From an uncultured delta proteobacterium (GTDB lineage: Bacteria > Desulfobacterota > Desulfobacteria > Desulfobacterales > Desulfatirhabdiaceae), in NCBI GenBank assembly GCA_963789395.1, contig CAWBKP010000005.1, positions 1 to 64,000 on the forward strand: 64,000 bases of DNA, given 5' to 3'. Shown piece after piece: positions 19,730-30,738 of this stretch. The notes beneath the pieces were generated by a model, which saw nothing but the letters and a program-made list of their open reading frames with translations, searched no databases and was not told the origin of the DNA. Within the stretch, counting starts at the first letter, position 1. Every line of letters starts with the position of its first letter. A program made the position numbers and the translations under genes.

Positions 19730-19772
19730 AAACAGGGTGATTCAAATCTGAAAATCTTGAATCACCCTGTTT
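19730..19772 (-). terminator. Strong hairpin / probable terminator after the fdh beta subunit
   Basis: Perfect 16-bp inverted repeat AAACAGGGTGATTCAA / TTGAATCACCCTGTTT with an 11-nt loop. Confidence 0.7.
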
Positions 19773-19864
19773 CATTAACCCTCTTTTTGTGACTGATCGA
19801 AAAAGCCCTTTTTGTAAAAAGCTGACATTCCGCACAATGATCAATCAGACATCATGAACAAATA

Positions 19865-20590
19865 CTATGCCTGAAGCACTCGCGATGCAATGTCCTTCAG
19901 CGGCCTGAACATCTTCTTCAGTGCCAGGTGCCGCGTCAGGTTTACTTCCGATGATGACGCCACGGCATATTTGAAATACAGCTTGGGATCATACACCGTC
20001 AGATAAATAACGCGGACATCCTCGGCATCCAGAAGTTTTGCATCCGGATATTTGGATTTTACCTCGGCAAGGCGTTTTTCGGATAGAGCTTTCATCTCTT
20101 TTTCATCTCCGAAATTCATGGCGCCGGTCGGACATGTCTTTACGCAGGCAGGCATCAGTCCATTATGAACCCGGTCATTGCACATATCGCATTTTGCCAG
20201 GGTGCCGTCCGCGGATTTTCGGGGAATATTATATGGGCAGGACGCTATGATATCATCCGCATTCAGGAACCGGGTTTCGGCCGTATACAGGACCGCCCCT
20301 GTCATCTCGTCTTTGTAAATGGCCCTGGGATCACCGGCCGTATCCAGGCAGGGCGGGGAAACACAGTGCCGGCACTGTTCCGGAAAGAACAGCCAATTCA
20401 GCTTGTTATGGATGACTTCTTCCCGCATCCGGACGACCTTATAGGTGTCGAAAGACAAATCGGGCGGATTTTCAATCGTCCCCCGGTTGGTGGTCTTTTC
20501 CGCAGGAAGGTCATGCCACTGCTTGCAGGCCACCTGACATCCCCGGCAGGCGGTACAAACGGTTGTATCGATAAAAAATATTTTACTCAT
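19865..20590 (-). CDS. fdhB: Formate dehydrogenase iron-sulfur (beta) subunit
   Basis: CTACRGCQVAC, CRHCVSPPC and KCDMC...PACVKTCP motifs. Confidence 0.92.
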   Translation of the reverse strand: MSKIFFIDTTVCTACRGCQVACKQWHDLPAEKTTNRGTIENPPDLSFDTYKVVRMREEVIHNKLNWLFFPEQCRHCVSPPCLDTAGDPRAIYKDEMTGAVLYTAETRFLNADDIIASCPYNIPRKSADGTLAKCDMCNDRVHNGLMPACVKTCPTGAMNFGDEKEMKALSEKRLAEVKSKYPDAKLLDAEDVRVIYLTVYDPKLYFKYAVASSSEVNLTRHLALKKMFRPLKDIASRVLQA

Positions 20591-20605
20591 GGGCTCCTCC
20601 TCCGG

Positions 20606-23600
20606 TTATAGTTTGGCTACGTTGACCATAAAGGCTTTGGTTTCCGGAATTCGGGTATTGGGGTCACCCGCAGACGGCGTCAGCAGGTTCGCGCTTTCCT
20701 CTTTGCCAGTATCAGGCCATCGCCACCCGTAATTATAGGGCATCCCCACCTGATGAACAACAGTTCCGGCAATCTTCATCGGTCTGAACCGTTTGGTAAC
20801 CACCGCCGTGCATTCCAGGGCGCCGCGCGCAGAAGACACCTTGACCCGCTCGCCGTTCTTGATGCCTTTCAGGGCGCCAAGCTCCTCGCTCATCTCCACG
20901 AACATCTGTGGCGCAAGCTCCAGTAACCAGGGTTGCGGACGGGTCAGAAGACCGGTTTGCCAGTGTTCGGATACCCGATACGTTGTTCCCACGTATGGGA
21001 ATCTGGGATCGCAGGTGGCAAACGTATCGGCGCTGGTACCGTAAACCGCCGCCGTGGGGCTGGTAAACTGAGAGTTCATGAAATTCTTTTCCACCGGGCA
21101 TTCCAGGGGTTCGTAATGTTCCGGGAAGGGGCCGTCATTCAAGCCAGGTCCAAAAATCTGCCCAAAACCGTTAACCGTCATGATAAACGGATGATTGCCC
21201 TTGGGATCCGGCTGGCCGTCGGCACCGATGAGGGGCGGTGCGGGTCCGTCCGGCACATCTCCGACCCATTTGCCGTCCTTCCACTCGATAACCCATCGTT
21301 TTGGGTCATATGGCTGCCCTTTGGGATCCACAGATGCCCGGTTATAAAGGATTCTGCGGTTCACCGGCCATGCCCAGGCGAACTCGGGATACAGGCCGAT
21401 TTTGTTCGGCGCATCCTCCTGTTTTTTGCGGGCCGCCATGTTTCCCTTGTCCGTATAGCTGGCAGCATAAATCCAGTTGCCGCAGGATGTGGATCCATCA
21501 CTCTGAAGCAGTGCAAAACTGGGGACCTGAGATCCCTTTTTGTATTCCTGCTCGCCGATCTTGACGTCCTTGACAAAAAACCCGTTGATCTGTTTGGCAG
21601 CCTTGTGGGAATCAAATTTACGGTCCGTCATATAGTCCCACTTCAGATTCAGGATCGGATCCGGGAATACGCCGCCCTCCTTGTAAAGCTCCTTGAGTTT
21701 AAGACCCAATTCCATGATGATATCGCCGTCCGGCATGCTGTTCCCGAGAGGCTTGGGACCCGCATAACGCCACTGCATCCAGCGTCCGCTGTTGGTAATG
21801 CTGCCTTCTTTTTCAACCGATACGCAGGCCGGAAGCATGAAGACTTCCGTGGCCACATTCTCCGGAATCATCTCGGGCCCATGCCAGAAAGAGCCGGTTT
21901 CGTTGTCAAACAGATTGACGTTTACCATCCATTCAAGATTGGCCATGGCTTTACGCACTTTTCCGGCATTGGAGCCACTGCATGCCGGATTCATGCCCCA
22001 GGCAAAAAACCCTTTGATACTGCCCTTGTACATCTCATCGAAAATATCCAGCCAGGAATACGGTTTGCCTTCATCCAGTTTGGGCATCCAGGGATAACCG
22101 AATTCGTTTTCAGCAGTCGCCGCGTCTCCAAAAAAGGATTTCAGAAGGCTGACGATATATTTCGGCTCGTTCTTCCACCAGTTCAAACTTTGGGGATCCT
22201 TGCTCTGGGCTCTGCGCTTGAGCATATCCTCCAGTTTTGCAATTTTTCCTGTCGGGGCGGAAAGATAGCCGGGCCAGATATGAAACAGCAGGGCATGATC
22301 CGTGGATCCCTGCACGTTGGACTCGCCCCTTAACGCGTTTACGCCGCCGCCGGCAATGCCCATATTTCCCAGAAGGAGCTGAATGATGGACATGGTTCGA
22401 ATGTTCTGGACGCCCACCGTATGCTGGGTCCAGCCCATGGCGTACATGATGGTTCCTGCCTTGTCATTGGGGCTTGTGGCTGCAAATGTTTTATAAACCT
22501 CCAGCAGATCGGCTTCCGAGGTGCCGGTGATTTTTGAAACCAGCTTGAGATTATAGCGGTCATAATGTTTCTTCAAGAGATTGATGACGCACTGGCTGTT
22601 CTTCAACGTCAAATCCCTTGCGGGAGCTCCCTTTTCATCCAGCTGAAATGACCAGCTTGACTTGTCATATTTCTTGATTTTAGGATCCCAGCCGGAAAAC
22701 AGCCCGTCGTTGAATGAAAAATCCTTATTGACCAATAGCGACGCATTCGTATAATTCAGTACATATTCTTCGGCAATCAGCTTGTTATCCAGGATATATT
22801 TGATCATGCCGCCCAAAAACGCGATATCGGTTCCGGAGCGCAGCGGCGCATAAATATCTGCTTTTGAGGAGGTCCGGGTAAACCGGGGGTCGACGCTGAT
22901 CAGCTTGGCGCCGTTTTTTTGGGCTTCCGTGACCCACTTGAAAGATATGGGATGGTTTTCCGCAGCGTTGCTGCCCATGATCAGGATGCAGTCGCTGTTT
23001 TTAAGGTCAATCCAGTGGTTGGTCATTGCACCGCGTCCGAACGACTCTGCCAGAGCCGCAACAGTGGCGCTGTGTCAGATGCGGGCCTGATGTTCGATGT
23101 AAACCAGCCCCAGGGAACGCATCAGGGCCTGATACGTCCAGCATTCTTCGTTGTCCAGAGCGGCGCTTCCGACAGAGGCGATGGCCGTGGTGCGGTTGAC
23201 GGTCTGCCCGGCAGCATTGGTTCCTGTAAATGTCGCATCCCGCGTGGCCTTGACCCGTCTGGCAATGCGGTCAATTGCCCATTCCCAGGTGACTTCCTGC
23301 CACTCTTTTGCATAAGGTGCTCGATACATGGGATTCGTGAGCCGGTTTTCATTTTCAGCCAGCCCGGACAGTGCAGCCCCTTTGGAGCATAAGGCCCCCC
23401 GGTTGATGACATGGTCCGGATCACCTTCGATGTTGATAACCCGTCCGTCCCCTTTTTTGCTGGTCTGCACAATGGCCCCGCATCCGACAGCACAGTAACA
23501 GCAAATCGTGGTGGTTTCTTTGGCATACTTTGTCTTGAGCATCTGGGCATGGGCCTTGACCGGTGACAGATCAAACCCCAGGCTCCCACTGACTGCAAGA

Positions 23601-23653
23601 CCTGCCGCCGTGGCGCCGGTAATTTTGATAAAATCCCTTCGCGTTACATCCAT
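20606..23653 (-). CDS. fdnG: Formate dehydrogenase alpha subunit (Mo/W-bisPGD), Tat-exported selenoprotein
   Basis: Tat motif TRRDFIK and CCYCAVGC. The in-frame TGA at 23075-23077 in HQARI-U-HSATVAALAESFGRGAMTNHW joins ORFs 23075..23653 and 20606..23026. Confidence 0.95.
23041..23059 (-). promoter_or_regulatory. SECIS element of the fdh alpha subunit
   Basis: Minus-strand hairpin GCGGCTCT-GGC-AGAGTCGT, starting 15 nt after the Sec UGA, with a G-initiated loop. Confidence 0.8.
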
Positions 23654-23724
23654 AGCAAGATCCCTCCTTTCTGGTCCTTTCGGTTACGGAAATTTAGCAA
23701 TACATATCCAGACTTCCTACTCCC

Positions 23725-24192
23725 TTACAAATCATCTTCGACATCCGCGGAATCATCGTCGGCAATCTTGATGGAAGAGTCTATCTTGATTTCATCGGAA
23801 TCATCGCTGTCCCCATCAAAATCTTCTTCAAGCAAATCATCAATGATCTCGGTTTCTTCCTCGATACCCATAAATGCTTCTGTCAGGCTCTCCTTGGATG
23901 ACGCTGCAGGTTCATCAATGGCAATATCCACGGGTTCAGATTTGTTGCCTGAATAAAACTCCATTACCATATCGGCAATCTTTTCAGCATGGCCCCTGGG
24001 CGGATACATGTTATTGGTCCTTAGAACGGATATGACTTTTTCTCTGCCTGCGGCAACAGCATCAGAAACCGCTGCATCATCATAGCTTTCCTCGCAGAGC
24101 AGCGACAAGCTATCTTTGTCAAGTTCACCAAATTCACGAATTATCAACCGGCTATTATCATGGTTTTTTAAAATGGTGTATTGCTGTTTCAT
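23725..24192 (-). CDS. Hypothetical protein with a very acidic C-terminal tail
   Basis: LIIREFGELDK...LRTNNMYPP core followed by an Asp/Glu-rich tail; co-oriented just upstream of fdh alpha. Confidence 0.75.
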   Translation of the reverse strand: MKQQYTILKNHDNSRLIIREFGELDKDSLSLLCEESYDDAAVSDAVAAGREKVISVLRTNNMYPPRGHAEKIADMVMEFYSGNKSEPVDIAIDEPAASSKESLTEAFMGIEEETEIIDDLLEEDFDGDSDDSDEIKIDSSIKIADDDSADVEDDL

Positions 24193-24643
24193 CCCCACAC
24201 ATCTCCCCTGACACGGCATTTCCGTGCTGTCATAACTTCAATAATTCAAAAAAAAATCACTTGTTAAATCCATTCAACCATATACTGTTTGCCCTGTATA
24301 TTCAAGTTCAAACTGGCTCAATGGCAAGGCCAAAAATCGGCGAGCTGGCTGAACATGTCCGGACATCCGGAATACATGATAAACATCTTTGGCGCCCGAA
24401 CAAAAACCGTGCCCTTTTTTAAATGAACCGCCTCTTTTTTTGATGGACTGAACGTAACATACAGCATACGCTGTTACGATTTTACCGCAAAAACATACTT
24501 GACAGATGGTTCTATTTTGAACCATATATGGAGATTGGATAGAAAAGTCCGTTCAGACACGAATCAACTCTTTTAACAGACATTTTTCTTGCGATAAAAT
24601 TCCGCATTTAAACTGTTTGCGAATTCATTATGGAGATACAAAA

Positions 24644-25087
24644 ATGGTGAAAGAGCGTTATCGCATGTTTTGGCTTTGTTGCCTGATGATCGCTGCCATT
24701 GCCGGCTGTGACTCCACGGATCCAACAAAAAACATTGACCCGAACAACCTGCGGCTGACGATTGCAGCCAGTCCAACCACTGTGTTAACAGGGGAATTCA
24801 GCACGATTACCGCCACCCTGATCAACGTGGACATTTCCGTGGGCGACGGCACGACGACAACAACCACCGAAACCCCCGTTCCCGGTTACCCCGTTACGTT
24901 TACGATCACCCGAAATGAATCCAACTGCGCGATTACGGTTGTCAACAGCCTCACGGATGCTTCGGGAAATGCAACAGCCATATATCAGGCCGGTCCCACT
25001 GCCGGTACCGATATAGTCCAGGCCAGCATTGATGCCGACAAGACCGCATCAGCATCGGTTATTGTAACTTTGCCCGCGGCACGATGA
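24644..25087 (+). CDS. Lipoprotein with bacterial Ig-like (invasin/Big_1-type) domain
   Basis: Lipobox IAGC; STITATL...VPGYPVTF...TDASGNATAIY.AG...GTDIVQAS. Confidence 0.75.
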   Translation: MVKERYRMFWLCCLMIAAIAGCDSTDPTKNIDPNNLRLTIAASPTTVLTGEFSTITATLINVDISVGDGTTTTTTETPVPGYPVTFTITRNESNCAITVVNSLTDASGNATAIYQAGPTAGTDIVQASIDADKTASASVIVTLPAAR

Positions 25088-25147
25088 TTCGGGCAAAACC
25101 AAACAGAATCATTGTTCACGCTTTTTTATCTACAGGTTGATACCGTC

Positions 25148-25330
25148 ATGAGCTCTATGGATGAACATATCCTGAAAACAACCAAGGAAATTGTTGTCAA
25201 ATTTATTGAAACCGGCCGGATTTCTCCAAGCGGGTTTTCTGAATCCTTTAAATCCATTTATCATACCATCGATGAAACCGTAAAAGGGGCAACAGACAAC
25301 ACCCGAAAAGAAGCGATTCGAAATGAATGA
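25148..25330 (+). CDS. Small hypothetical protein (~60 aa, helical)
   Basis: DEHILKTTKEIVVKFIETGRISPSGFSESFKSIY; its stop overlaps the next start (ATGAATGA). Confidence 0.7.
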   Translation: MSSMDEHILKTTKEIVVKFIETGRISPSGFSESFKSIYHTIDETVKGATDNTRKEAIRNE

Positions 25331-25658
25331 CACTTCCGAAAACATCTCCGGCAATATGGAAACAGATCCGGACTGGGAAAACAGAAGACTTTGCAGTGAC
25401 GATAGCTGCATCGGCATCATTGGCACAGATGGCCGATGCCGGATTTGTGGACTTTCAGACCCGGAAGCCCCTCCTCACCCGGATTTGTCCACCGGCAGCA
25501 GCGTTTTTATGGATGACCCTCTGGAGCCGCGTTCAGAGAACTCGGATCCTGAACCTCAGGCCCCTGCCTGGGAAGATCGCAAGCTCTGCGTTGACGACAG
25601 CTGTATCGGCACCATTGGCCCTGATGGCCGGTGCCGTGTATGCGGTCTGCCGGGATAA
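25323..25658 (+). CDS. Small protein with two tandem Cys4 repeats
   Basis: WENRRLCSDDSCIGIIGTDGRCRICG and WEDRKLCVDDSCIGTIGPDGRCRVCG. Confidence 0.8.
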   Translation: MNDTSENISGNMETDPDWENRRLCSDDSCIGIIGTDGRCRICGLSDPEAPPHPDLSTGSSVFMDDPLEPRSENSDPEPQAPAWEDRKLCVDDSCIGTIGPDGRCRVCGLPG

Positions 25659-25677
25659 AACCAGCCGCTTTTTTTCT

Positions 25678-25902
25678 CTACTGGTTTCCATAGCCGTTTT
25701 GGTCTCCGCAATCCGGACACTGCCATGTAATGCCGTTACAGGACATCCCCCAGAAGTTTTTTTCCATGCAGTCCTGGCAGATGGAAAATCCGCACCGGCA
25801 TCTCCAGCAGAACGGCGGATGCTTACCGCAGCAGGAACAGGGGGTTTCTTTTGCCTTTAGGCGTTTTTCTTTATACGAAGACAGGGTGGTTCGTTTATTC
25901 AT
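25678..25902 (-). CDS. Small Cys-rich putative zinc-binding protein
   Basis: CSCCG, CWRCRCGFSICQDC and C.GITWQCPDCG in 74 aa. Confidence 0.7.
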   Translation of the reverse strand: MNKRTTLSSYKEKRLKAKETPCSCCGKHPPFCWRCRCGFSICQDCMEKNFWGMSCNGITWQCPDCGDQNGYGNQ

Positions 25903-26012
25903 AGGGCCTTATTCGGCCTGTCCGGTCTATGATCCCCAGGCTCGCCTCTGCTTGCTGCTAAATGGTATTTATTGCCGACTGTATTGGAATTCATTAATAT
26001 AGGAGATAGACG

Positions 26013-26591
26013 ATGTCAACCCATACCGATCCGGGCATTTCCCGGGAAGATGCATTTTTGCTGCTGTCAACACATCTGAAAAACGAAAAACTGGTTTGCC
26101 ACTGCCTCTCTGCAGAGGCCATTATGCGGGAACTGGCCAAAAGATTTGACGAAAACCCGGAGATGTGGGCGATCGCTGGGCTGCTTCATGATATTGACTA
26201 TGAAATCACCGATGGAGATCCTTCCCGTCACGGCCGGGAAGGCGCCGAGCTTCTTCTGAATCAGGGCGTATCTCCGGTAATTGCCGATGCCATCCAAAAA
26301 CACAATGCCGAGGGGCTTGGCCTGGAACGCACCACGGTTTTTGACCACGCCCTGGCCAGTGCCGAAACCATTACCGGCCTGATTGCAGCAACAGCCCTGG
26401 TGTATCCGGATAAAAAAATCGCAAGTGTCAAGCCTCAGTCCGTTATCAAGCGCATGAAAACGCCGCATTTTGCCCGCTCTGTCAACCGGGACATCATCAT
26501 GGAATGCGAAACCATCGGCATCCCCCTTCAGGATTTTGTAGCAATAAGTCTGAAGGCCATGGCAGGGATTGCGGAACGCATCGGGCTGTGA
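26013..26591 (+). CDS. HD/HDIG-domain phosphohydrolase
   Basis: HCL..EAIM, GLLHDID and KRMK...FARSVNRD motifs; AGGAG SD. Confidence 0.9.
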   Translation: MSTHTDPGISREDAFLLLSTHLKNEKLVCHCLSAEAIMRELAKRFDENPEMWAIAGLLHDIDYEITDGDPSRHGREGAELLLNQGVSPVIADAIQKHNAEGLGLERTTVFDHALASAETITGLIAATALVYPDKKIASVKPQSVIKRMKTPHFARSVNRDIIMECETIGIPLQDFVAISLKAMAGIAERIGL

Positions 26592-26664
26592 TTAATTTTA
26601 CTGCAAACCCAGCTCATATCTGAGTTTATTCTGTCGTCGGATTTTTGTTCATAGGAAACCGCTC

Positions 26665-29341
26665 ATGCCCTCCAAGCCTGTCTTATACTTGATCGACGCA
26701 ACCGCCACCATCCACCGGGCCTATCATGCCATTCGGGGTCTGTCCACATCCGCGGGTCTTCCCACAAACGCCGTCTTCGGGTTCACCCGGATGCTGATCA
26801 AACTTCTTCAGGACTGGTCCCCGGAATACATTGCCCTCTGCTTTGACAGCAAAGGAAAAACCTTCAGGCATGACATGTACCCGGACTACAAGGCCACCCG
26901 CCCGCCCATGCCTGAAGACATGCGGATTCAGCTTTCCTATATCCGGGAAATCGCGGAAGGTTTCCGGCTTCCGGTCATCGAACTGCCGGGTTATGAAGCC
27001 GATGATCTGATCGGAACCCTGGCTGCCCGTGCCGCAAAGGCCGGATTTTCAGTGGTCATGGTCACCAGCGACAAGGATTTTATCCAGTTGGTAACCGAGA
27101 CTGTTTCGATCTGGGACCCCATGAAGGACAAGGTCACAAACCTGGAGCAAGTCCGCAAGACCTTTGAACTGGAACCCGGCCAGATCATCGATGTGATGGG
27201 GTTTTCAGGGGATACCAGCGACAATGTTCCCGGCGTGCCGGGAGTCGGCCCCAAAACCGCCCTGTCTTTGATTCAGACTTTTGGAAGCATGGCCCAGGTC
27301 TATGAAAGAATTGATGAGGTGGCCTCAAAATCCGTTCGCGAAAAACTGTCCGCTCACAGGGACCAGGCATTTCTGAGCCGGTCACTGGTGACTATTCAGA
27401 CCGATGTGCCGCTGCCGGTTCATCTGGAAGATTTCAAGGCCCGGTCCCCGGACACAGCTGCTCTGGCAAGGCTGTTCAAAACCCTGGAATTCCGGCAGCT
27501 TCAACAGGAGTATCCGGTTCCGGCCGACTTGAGCCGGAAACACTACAGTGCGGTGATGAACCGGGAAATGCTGAATCAGCTGGTTTCAAACCTGTCAGGC
27601 GCCCGGATCATTTCCCTGGATACTGAAACCACTTCCAAAGATCCCATGAGGGCGGAGCTGGTCGGTATGTCTTTTTCCGTAACCGCCGGAGAAGCCTTTT
27701 ATGTTCCGGTGGGCCATGTGTATCCGCAAGCGCCTGCACAACTGGAAGCTGGCCTTGTCCTGGACGCTGTAAAGCCCATACTTGAAAACCCGGAAATACC
27801 CAAACTCGGACAGAATATCAAATACGACGCCATTGTTCTGGCCCGCTGCGGCATTCACCTGCAGGGGGTTGTCTTTGACGACATGGTCGCATCCTACCTC
27901 ATCAATCCATCGCTTCGGGCGCACAGCCTGGATCAGATTGCCCTGGATCATCTCAACCATAAAACCATAACATTTGAGGAAGTCACCGGCAAAGGCGCGC
28001 ATGCCGGATTTCAGACGGTTCCCGTTGAATCGGCAACGCCCTATGCCTGCGAAGATGCGGATATTGCCCTGATGGCCAGAGAAGTTCTGCTCCCCAAACT
28101 GGAATCCCTGGGACTGATGGATCTTCTGGAACACGTGGAAATCCCCCTGATCGGAGTGCTGATGCGGATGGAGATGCGCGGGGTCTGTGTGGACAGCGAG
28201 CGGCTGAGGCTTCTGTCCAAATCCTTTGAAAGCCAGATATCGGACATGGAAACCCGGATTTATGCGGCGGCCGGGGAAAGCTTCAACATCCAGTCCCACC
28301 AGCAGCTCGGACGAGATCCTGTTTGAAAAGCTCAAACTCCCGACGCAGAAAAAGACCAAGAAAAAAACCGGCTACTCAACGGATGTGGAAGTCTTAACCC
28401 AGCTTGCCATCCACCATGAACTGCCGGATCTGGTTTTAAGGCACCGTACCCTTTCCAAGCTGAAATCCACCTATACGGATGCGCTTCTGGAACTGGTTCA
28501 TCCGGAAACAGGGCGGATTCATACCTCTTATAACCAGACCGTTACGGCCACCGGCAGGCTCAGCAGTTCGGATCCGAATCTTCAGAACATCCCCATTCGC
28601 ACCGAAGAAGGCCGGCAAATCAGAAGCGCCTTTATCCCGCAGGCAGGATGGGTCATGGTATCCGCGGATTATTCCCAGATCGAACTGCGTATTCTGGCGC
28701 ATTGTTCAGAAGATCCCCTGCTGATCGATGCGTTTGTCAATGATGAGGACATTCATTCACGGACAGCATCGGAAGTCTTCGGAGGACTTCCCAACATGAT
28801 GACCCCGGAACTTCGGCGGCAGGCAAAGATCATCAATTTCGGCATTCTTTACGGCATGGGGGCATTCAGCCTGTCCCGGGAGCTGGGAATCAGCCAGAAA
28901 ATGGCCAAAGCCTATATTGATCAGTATTTTAAGCGGTATCGGGGTGTCCGGGACTATACCGAACAAACCATTGCACTGGCCAGACAGACGCATAAAACCA
29001 GCACGCTTCTGGGAAGAATCCGCCTGCTTCCGGATATCAACAGCCAGAACAGCAATGTCCGCAGTTTTGCCGAACGGATTGCCGTAAACACCCCGATTCA
29101 GGGAACTGCCGCGGATCTGATCAAGCTGGCCATGATTCAGATGGATGCGGATTTTCCGGGAAAAGGCTTCCAGTCCGCCATGCTGATGACGGTTCACGAC
29201 GAACTGGTGTTTGAAGTCCCGGAATATGAGCTGGAAGCGGTAACAATCCGGATCCGGGATATCATGGAAGGCGTGTGGCAGCTGAAAGTGCCGCTAAAAG
29301 TCAACATTTCATCTGGAAAGAACTGGGCGGAAGCACACTAA
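26665..29341 (+). CDS. polA: DNA polymerase I (+1 frameshift at ~28311)
   Basis: 5'-3' exonuclease (PTNAVFGF, GYEADD, GDTSDNVPGV), 3'-5' exonuclease (LDTETT) and polymerase (TGRLSS.DPNLQNIP, ADYSQIELR, VHDEL) motifs across two ORFs. Confidence 0.95.
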
Positions 29342-30444
29342 ATTTTTTCCAGCGTGTAATCACGGGAACCCAGTCCGATTTTTTCCGCATATTCGAGCTG
29401 GTAAGGCCAGTCAATTTCAGGATACAGGCCCCGGAACTTGTCTTCGCCGGAGCCTGTATTCCGCGTCAGACAGGATCCAGGCATGGCTGTTTCCTGATTC
29501 ACGAGATCAGCGGATGCCTGATCAATGGCAACCGGGTCCCGGGATGCCACCATCCCGATATTTCTGACAATGGGCGCATCATTGTGGGCATAACAATCGC
29601 AGGCCGGGGAAACATCGGTGATGAAATTGACGAACAGTGTTTTTCCCGCCTTGCCTTTCAAGGCCCCCAGCGTATACTCCACAATGTTTTCCATAAAAAC
29701 CGGAATTGCCTGATTCCACTGAATCTGGATCGCCTCATGGTCACAGATCAAAACGCATTCGCCACAACCGATGCACTTCTTGGTATCCATGATTGCCTTT
29801 TTCTCCACAACGGACAGCGCCTCCTGTGAGCAGTGGGCAACGCAGTCCCCGCAGCCAATGCATTTTTTTCGCTTGATGGCCGGTGACAGATTGGAATGCT
29901 GGGCCAGCTTACCTTTTCGGGAAGCACACCCCATGCCCAGATTTTTAAGGGTTCCACCAAAACCCGACAGCTCATGGCCTTTAAAATGCGCCATCGAGAT
30001 AATGGCGTCAGCCTGTGCAATTTCAGCCCCGATATAGACATGCTGAAAATTTTTCTGCCCGATTTCAACCGCAACTTCGCTTTTTCCCCGAAGCCCGTCT
30101 GCAATAATGATTGGCGCATCCACCGATGCGAAGGAAAACCCGTTTTGCAGGGCGGTCAGCAGATGAGATGGCGCATCGCTCCTGGTCCCGACATACAGCG
30201 TATTGGCGTCGGTCAGAAAGGGGATTGCGCCTTCGGCCTTAATCAATTGAACGATTTTCCGGACAAAAACCGAGCGGATGAACGCGGTATTGCCGGCTTC
30301 TCCAAAATGCAGCTTCACAGCAACCAGATCCCTTGGTTTCACGGCCGAGGCCAATCCTGCAGCTTGGGCAAGCCGCCCGACCTTGTTCACCAGGTTTTCC
30401 TTGTGCGTGGTCCGAAGATCTGCGAAATAGACAATGCTTTTCAT
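29338..30444 (-). CDS. DUF362-domain protein with 2x[4Fe-4S] ferredoxin domain
   Basis: VKLHFGE, HFKGH, GGTLKNLGMG, two CxxCxxCxxxC motifs, CDC and DPVAID. Confidence 0.9.
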   Translation of the reverse strand: MKSIVYFADLRTTHKENLVNKVGRLAQAAGLASAVKPRDLVAVKLHFGEAGNTAFIRSVFVRKIVQLIKAEGAIPFLTDANTLYVGTRSDAPSHLLTALQNGFSFASVDAPIIIADGLRGKSEVAVEIGQKNFQHVYIGAEIAQADAIISMAHFKGHELSGFGGTLKNLGMGCASRKGKLAQHSNLSPAIKRKKCIGCGDCVAHCSQEALSVVEKKAIMDTKKCIGCGECVLICDHEAIQIQWNQAIPVFMENIVEYTLGALKGKAGKTLFVNFITDVSPACDCYAHNDAPIVRNIGMVASRDPVAIDQASADLVNQETAMPGSCLTRNTGSGEDKFRGLYPEIDWPYQLEYAEKIGLGSRDYTLEKI

Positions 30445-30666
30445 AATTTCCCCCGTAATAACAGATGACATAGAAATCGATAAAAATCATTTAAAGGAAC
30501 GAAGACAAAGAAATCTTTTTTTTCAAAATGGATACTTTCGATACAATTCAGCGGTTTGCTTAAAATCGGATACAAAATATCCGGATCTGATGCTACGCGA
30601 TAACTAGTAATTAAAAAAAAATTATTTGTTATAACATAAATATGATTACAATATAAAATACAAACG

Positions 30667-30683
30667 TTGGCACATAGATTGCT
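30667..30683 (+). promoter_or_regulatory. Sigma-54 (-24/-12) promoter
   Basis: TTGGCAC-ATAGA-TTGCT with exact GG-N10-GC spacing, ~55 nt before the ZraP-like gene and preceded by an AT-rich tract. Confidence 0.8.
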
Positions 30684-30738
30684 CAAGAGGAAACCATGAT
30701 TTAATTAACCATTATTTATCAAAATCAAGAAGGTTGTC

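Noticed and set aside
28290..28330. Programmed frameshift or split polA
   Set aside because: There is no slippery site, one extra base restores QQLGEILFEKL, and the same pattern recurs in many genes.
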